Origin: a virus | IMG/VR virus record: IMGVR_UViG_3300033571_024432 | Span: 52,708 to 116,707 of that record | Reading direction: 5' to 3' (one strand) | DNA length: 64,000 bases | In this document: positions 59,443-64,000 of the stretch, in pieces | Layout: every line of letters begins with the position of its first letter | Numbering within the stretch: position 1 is the stretch's first letter | Program-made: the position numbers and the translations under genes | The notes under the pieces: model-generated | What the model was told of the DNA's origin: nothing | The model's input: only the letters and a program-made list of their open reading frames with translations | Database searches by the model: none

Positions 59443-59479
59443 TTACATACGTGAATAATAAAAAATTTTAAAGTATAAT
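59443..59479 (+). promoter_or_regulatory. Class A promoter (TTACATAC-GTGAAT-N17-TATAAT)
   Basis: 15-nt identity with 23760-23774; exact spacer. Confidence 0.8.
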
Positions 59480-59537
59480 TTTAGTATAATTTAAACAATT
59501 ATAAAAATAAAATATTTTAAACAAACGAAGGAAAAAA

Positions 59538-60629
59538 ATGAATATCAATACTTTTTTATCAGTTGCAAAAGTTCTTCCACCCAATAAATCAGTATTACTT
59601 CGTGGTTCTACTGGTATTGGTAAATCATTTGTTGTCAAAACATTGGCAAAAGAATTTGGTGTTGAAATGATTGATGTACGTGGTTCAACAATGTCTGAAG
59701 GTGATGTTGCAGGTTATCCTGATCTTGAAAGTATGAAGAAAACAGGCGTTATGACATTTTGTATGCCCTCATGGTTTATGGCTGCATGTAAACGACCAGT
59801 AGTTCTTTTTCTAGATGAATTTAATAGAGCAACGCCACAAGTTATGCAAAGTTTTTTCCAGATTGTTTTGGATAGAGAGCTTGGAAATGATGAAAATGGT
59901 AGACCATATAGACTACATCCTGAAACTCGCGTTTATGCTGCTATTAATGCTGGTAATGAATATAGTGTAAATGATATGGATCCTGCATTACTTAATCGTT
60001 TTGCATCTTTTGAATTGCAATCTTCTAAAGATGATTGGATTGATTGGGCTAAAAACAACAATGTAAACAAATATATTATTGAATTTATCAATACACATTC
60101 TGAACAACTTGCAGTTGATGTTTCAAAAATCCAACCAGGTGAAGTATTTTCAACACCTAGATCATGGGCATCATTCGATGATTGTTTAAAATATGCAAAA
60201 ATAGATTTAAATGATATTATTGGTACAAATGCACATACTGCATTAATTAATAATATTGCTTGTAGTTTGGTAGGTCAATCACCTGCTGCTGAATTCACAA
60301 AATTTGTAAGAGACTATAAAATCTTATTAACGCCTGAAGATATTTTAAATCGATTTGATGAAAATATCGAAAGAATCAAAAAATGCGAAAACGATCATTT
60401 AAATGCTTTAATCAATAAATTAGTTGATCATGCAAAATCAAATGATTGGACAGTTGATCAATCATTAAATGCATCACAATTTGGATTAATTTTGCCTGAT
60501 GAAATGTTAGTGTATATGTGGAATCAATTATCTAAATGTAAGAAAATTGAAAATATTCAAAAAGTACACAAATTTATTGGTAATAAATTATTACAAATTA
60601 TTAATAATAGCAAATCAATATCAAAATAA
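59538..60629 (+). CDS. MoxR-like AAA+ ATPase
   Basis: Walker A GSTGIGKS, Walker B VLFLDEFNR, AAIN, MDPALLNRF, TPRSW. Confidence 0.9.
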   Translation: MNINTFLSVAKVLPPNKSVLLRGSTGIGKSFVVKTLAKEFGVEMIDVRGSTMSEGDVAGYPDLESMKKTGVMTFCMPSWFMAACKRPVVLFLDEFNRATPQVMQSFFQIVLDRELGNDENGRPYRLHPETRVYAAINAGNEYSVNDMDPALLNRFASFELQSSKDDWIDWAKNNNVNKYIIEFINTHSEQLAVDVSKIQPGEVFSTPRSWASFDDCLKYAKIDLNDIIGTNAHTALINNIACSLVGQSPAAEFTKFVRDYKILLTPEDILNRFDENIERIKKCENDHLNALINKLVDHAKSNDWTVDQSLNASQFGLILPDEMLVYMWNQLSKCKKIENIQKVHKFIGNKLLQIINNSKSISK

Positions 60630-60662
60630 TTATAAAAAAGATTAAAATCAAAAGGAATCAAA

Positions 60663-61994
60663 ATGTCTAAAAAACAATCACAAAAAACAACTGAACATGA
60701 TTTATTACATTCGAATGAAATTGTTGATCCAATTAAATTAAAGAATTTTGATTTATCTAGATATTTAATTGGATTAATTAGTTATGAACCATTTTATTCT
60801 AGAATTTTGCGATCTGTTAATAAGGTTGAAACAACTTCTGTTTCAACAGCAGGTGTTTCAACAACAGTTGATAAAATTACATTATTTTGGAATAGAAATT
60901 TTTTAGCATCATTAGAAGACAAACAAGTTATTGGTGTTTTAAAACATGAATGCTTACATTTATTATATGACCACACTACATTTAGAAAAAGAGATCCACA
61001 TATTATTTGGAATTATGCAACAGATCTCAGTATTAATACTTTATTAAATCCTGATGAATTACCAAAAGGTGGTTTAATACCAGGAGTTAAATTTGATGAA
61101 TTACCAGATGAAAAAATTGCTAATATGACATCTGAACAAATTGAAAGATATAATAAATTATCTGAACTAATTGGTAATTTTCCTCCGGAAAAATCTGCAG
61201 ATTGGTATTTTGAAAAATTAATGAATGATGATACAATCAAAGATATGATTGAAAAAGGTGAACAGCAATTAAATGAATTAAAAGAATTATTAGGTAAAAT
61301 GGATGATCATGATTCTTGGGGAGAAATGAGTGAAGATGAGCGTGAGCAAATTCAACAAAAAATTAAAGAAATCATCAAAGACGCTAATATTGAATGTCAA
61401 ACAAAAAACTCATGGGGTTCAGTACATCAATCAATTCAAAAAGAAATTAGGAGATTATTACATAAAGAAATCAGTTGGAAGGATGTATTAAAAAGATTTA
61501 TTGGTTTTAGTTCTAGAAATGAAAGAACTCAAACTGTAACTAAATTAAATAGAAAATATCCAGGCGTACATGCAGGTATTATGAAAGAATATAAACCAAA
61601 AATCGCTGTGTATATTGATGAATCAGGTTCTGTTGATGATGGATCATTAGAAAAATTCTTTGCTGAATTACATAATTTATCTAATTTTTGCGATTTTACT
61701 TTATTCAAATTTGATACAGCAGTTGATGATTCTACAAAATTAGAATTTTCAAAAGGCAAAAAATATAATTTAAATAGACAATGTTCTGGTGGCACTGATT
61801 TTAATGCACCTACTTTACATGGAAATAAAAATAGAAATGAATTCGATGGCATGATTATCATGACAGATGGTGACGCTCCTAAACCTGAAAAATCACGTAT
61901 TAGAAGATGTTGGGTATTATGTAATAATAACGATTTATATTTTGGTAATGATCAAGCAGATACAAGAGATTTTATAGTGAAAATGTCAAAATAA
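60663..61994 (+). CDS. Metallopeptidase-VWA fusion (MoxR partner)
   Basis: KHECLH, WNYATDLSIN; MIDAS DESGS, GGTDF, MTDG. Confidence 0.88.
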   Translation: MSKKQSQKTTEHDLLHSNEIVDPIKLKNFDLSRYLIGLISYEPFYSRILRSVNKVETTSVSTAGVSTTVDKITLFWNRNFLASLEDKQVIGVLKHECLHLLYDHTTFRKRDPHIIWNYATDLSINTLLNPDELPKGGLIPGVKFDELPDEKIANMTSEQIERYNKLSELIGNFPPEKSADWYFEKLMNDDTIKDMIEKGEQQLNELKELLGKMDDHDSWGEMSEDEREQIQQKIKEIIKDANIECQTKNSWGSVHQSIQKEIRRLLHKEISWKDVLKRFIGFSSRNERTQTVTKLNRKYPGVHAGIMKEYKPKIAVYIDESGSVDDGSLEKFFAELHNLSNFCDFTLFKFDTAVDDSTKLEFSKGKKYNLNRQCSGGTDFNAPTLHGNKNRNEFDGMIIMTDGDAPKPEKSRIRRCWVLCNNNDLYFGNDQADTRDFIVKMSK

Positions 61995-61999
61995 ATGTT

Positions 62000-62028
62000 T
62001 TGTAAAGTTATAATAATTTTTATATAAT
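62000..62028 (+). promoter_or_regulatory. Class B promoter (TTGTAA-N17-TATAAT)
   Basis: Exact spacing; upstream of 62071. Confidence 0.7.
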
Positions 62029-62070
62029 AATAATATAATAAAAAATAAATTATCTATGAAAGGTAAAAAA

Positions 62071-62364
62071 ATGGCAAGTTTTAGTCAAAATAATAAAGTA
62101 AATAATAATAATATTTGGTTTGATGAAAGAGATCTAAGAAACTACAATAGAGCTCAAGTAACATGTATGAGATCAGGTTTGTCAGATGATGAGCAATCTT
62201 TAATTCCAAATATCTTTAATGCACAAGATTTAAATGAAATGCTTAGGGCTACAAATTCATATCTAAACTCATACAATAGACAAACATTTAGATGCAGTTA
62301 TAATACAAAGTTCTTTCTTGAAGCATTAGCTACAAGTATCGAAGCTGATTTATCAGGTGTTTAA
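62071..62364 (+). CDS. Hypothetical protein
   Basis: ATG 62071 after AAGGT (alternative start 62056). Confidence 0.65.
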   Translation: MASFSQNNKVNNNNIWFDERDLRNYNRAQVTCMRSGLSDDEQSLIPNIFNAQDLNEMLRATNSYLNSYNRQTFRCSYNTKFFLEALATSIEADLSGV

Positions 62365-62389
62365 TATTTAAATAATAAAAGAAAATAAA

Positions 62390-63142
62390 ATGAAATATAA
62401 AACATTATTTGTATCAGATATTCATTTAGGTCATCCATCATCAAAAGCAGAACAATTATTAGAAATTATAGATAATAATGAATTTGAAAATATATATTTA
62501 ATTGGTGATATAATAGATTTATGGTATCTAAAAAGACACAAATTAAAATTTTATAAATCTCATACTAGACTTATAGAAAAAATAATACATTTGTCTAATA
62601 AAAATACAAATGTGTTTTACATAATTGGTAACCATGATGAAAGTTTAAGAAGTTTTTTAAAAGATAATAAATTTAATTTTGGAAATATTTCTTTATTAAA
62701 CGAAACTGTTTATATTTCTAATAACAAAAAGTTTTTAATTACGCATGGCGACAAATATGATTCACTAACATATAGTAAATCAGGTCGTTTTGTAATGTTA
62801 TTTGGCGATTTTCTATATGATTTAGTTTCATTTATCGATAGAATTCAATTATCTTTTCGTAAATTATTTAAAATGAAATATTGGTCATTATCTGGATTTT
62901 GTAAGAAAGTCGTAAAAGGTGCTATTACATTTATTCAAAATTATGAAAAGATAATTACTCATGATGCAAAAGAACTAGGATATGATGGCGTAATTTGTGG
63001 TCATATTCATCACCCTAAAAAGGAGATTATTAATGGAATATTATATCTCAACGATGGCGATTTTATGGAGTCATGTTCAGTGCTAATAGAAAATGAAAAC
63101 TCAGAATTTTCATTTATATTTAATGAACCGAAATACAAATAA
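62390..63142 (+). CDS. Calcineurin-like metallophosphoesterase, UDP-2,3-diacylglucosamine hydrolase-like
   Basis: SDIHLG, GDIID, GNHD, THGD, CGHIH, NDGDFMESCS. Confidence 0.85.
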   Translation: MKYKTLFVSDIHLGHPSSKAEQLLEIIDNNEFENIYLIGDIIDLWYLKRHKLKFYKSHTRLIEKIIHLSNKNTNVFYIIGNHDESLRSFLKDNKFNFGNISLLNETVYISNNKKFLITHGDKYDSLTYSKSGRFVMLFGDFLYDLVSFIDRIQLSFRKLFKMKYWSLSGFCKKVVKGAITFIQNYEKIITHDAKELGYDGVICGHIHHPKKEIINGILYLNDGDFMESCSVLIENENSEFSFIFNEPKYK

Positions 63143-63186
63143 AAATATTTTTAAAAACATATATAGTATAAAATAAAGGATTATAT

Positions 63187-63784
63187 ATGTTAATATCTGA
63201 AAGAAATTTAAGAAGTATTATTCAAAATATTATTTATGAAGCAAGAGCAACAGGTAAAGGATCAAGAGGACCATATAAAAAACATCCAAAAAAAAGAACT
63301 TCCACCTGAGCCACCTATTAGATGGGCTAAAGGATATGGTCCTGATTCATTTGAAATAGATCTTGATGCAGAAGTTGAAAGAATTAATGCTGAATCTGCA
63401 GAACTTGAAAGAAGAAGAAATTTAAAACCAACATACGTTAAATCTGTATCATATGACTTTAAACCTCCAAGAAATAGTAATGGTTATTATGATACAAATA
63501 CCTTAAATAACGAAGATTGGAATTCAAATTATTCTAATAAAAGCGAAACATATGGAACTACATATCCTGGAGAAGATATAGAAGATTTTAAAGGAGAAAG
63601 TTTAAACAGCACAGGATATTCAGATACTATAGGTGAACAATGTTGGGAAGAACAAAATCCTGGTGTATTACCTATAGACGGTGATATATGTTCTAATGAA
63701 GTAGGAACTTTTGAATATTTCAATAATAGATGGAATATTATGAATACATTAAAAAAGAAAATAAAAAGAACAAATGTTAAATAA
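63187..63784 (+). CDS. Leader-bearing hypothetical protein interrupted by a +1 frame change at A8 (63288-63295)
   Basis: AAAGGA RBS and MLISERNLRSIIQNIIYE in frame 1 (stop at 63309); frame 2 continues KELPPEPPIRWAKG to 63784. Confidence 0.6.
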
Positions 63785-63842
63785 AGATTTTAAAAAACAA
63801 AAAAAGTCTTTATAATAAATTAAAAAGAAAGAGATCAATAAA

Positions 63843-64000
63843 ATGGAACAAGATCAATTATTAGTTGTAGATGCAGGATTAGTTGACGCAACAACAGAAC
63901 AAACAGACTTATCAGCAGGTACATCAGCAGGTGTTGAAGCAGGTACATCAGCAGGTGTTGAAGCAGGTACATCAGCAGGTGTTGAAGCAGGTACATCAGC
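63843..64000 (+). CDS. Low-complexity repeat protein, partial (runs off window)
   Basis: MEQDQLLVVDAGLVDATTEQTDLS(AGTSAGVE)n. Confidence 0.7.
   Translation, partial: MEQDQLLVVDAGLVDATTEQTDLSAGTSAGVEAGTSAGVEAGTSAGVEAGTS
63915..64000 (+). repeat. Perfect 24-bp tandem repeat, at least 3.6 copies
   Basis: GCAGGTACATCAGCAGGTGTTGAA at 63915, 63939, 63963, partial at 63987. Confidence 0.95.

Larger units (their letters stand above)
1..64000. mobile_element. Segment of a jumbo/huge tailed-phage genome
   Basis: Phage-type gene mix (stand-alone DnaE, ThyX, TK, FEN-like exonuclease, sigma, GroEL without GroES, MoxR/VWA, lysins) among many orphans; no ribosomal or core host operons; dense packing. Confidence 0.9.

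Noticed and set aside
515-63723. Short antisense or alternate-frame ORFs in the track (e.g. 515-700, 2398-2718, 7401-7697, 27153-27485, 30821-31189, 40636-41001, 53954-54418, 61529-61861, 63529-63723)
   Set aside because: They lie wholly inside longer motif-bearing genes, lack RBSs and show the F/L/I/S-rich composition of antisense shadows
1-64000. Stop-codon reassignment (common in some huge phages)
   Set aside because: Conserved enzymes are full length in code 11, and TAG/TGA end genes flush against the next start (e.g. 7854, 8449, 46512)
63915-64000. CRISPR array
   Set aside because: Repeats are contiguous with no spacers and are in frame within a CDS
1-64000. tRNA, rRNA, reverse transcriptase (DGR/retron), integrase or transposase
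   Set aside because: No GC-rich cloverleaf-like intergenic segment or diagnostic motifs seen; intergenic gaps are short and AT-rich. tRNAscan/Infernal were not run

Overview
Very AT-rich segment (roughly three-quarters A+T by eye) of what is almost certainly a jumbo/huge tailed-phage genome. It is densely coding, mostly on the + strand, in the standard code, with AAGGA(G) ribosome-binding sites. No tRNA, rRNA, CRISPR array, integrase or transposase was recognised. The genes fall into two classes. (1) Replication, metabolism and proteostasis genes: DnaE, 5'-3' exonuclease, ThyX, thymidine kinase, dCMP deaminase, an all-alpha dNTP pyrophosphatase, a nucleoside 2-deoxyribosyltransferase-like protein, thioredoxin, UvsE, GroEL, a ClpP pair, a sigma factor, MoxR/VWA and lysis enzymes. 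(2) About 20 mostly orphan proteins sharing an N-terminal amphipathic leader ending in (I/L/F)-x-E, probably head-packaged; these include four paralogues of a probable ADP-ribosyltransferase-like domain. Best candidate for a new system: a sigma70-family factor that stops just before its region 4.2 HTH, followed one base later by a stand-alone region-4.2-like HTH gene. Seven copies of a non-canonical promoter (ACAYRC-GTGAAT-N17-TAWAAT consensus) precede the sigma gene itself and the replication/repair genes. Other highlights are an active ClpP paired with a catalytically dead paralogue, a dead peptide-deformylase homologue, and an aerolysin-like lipoprotein. All calls come from motif recognition by eye; no searches were run.
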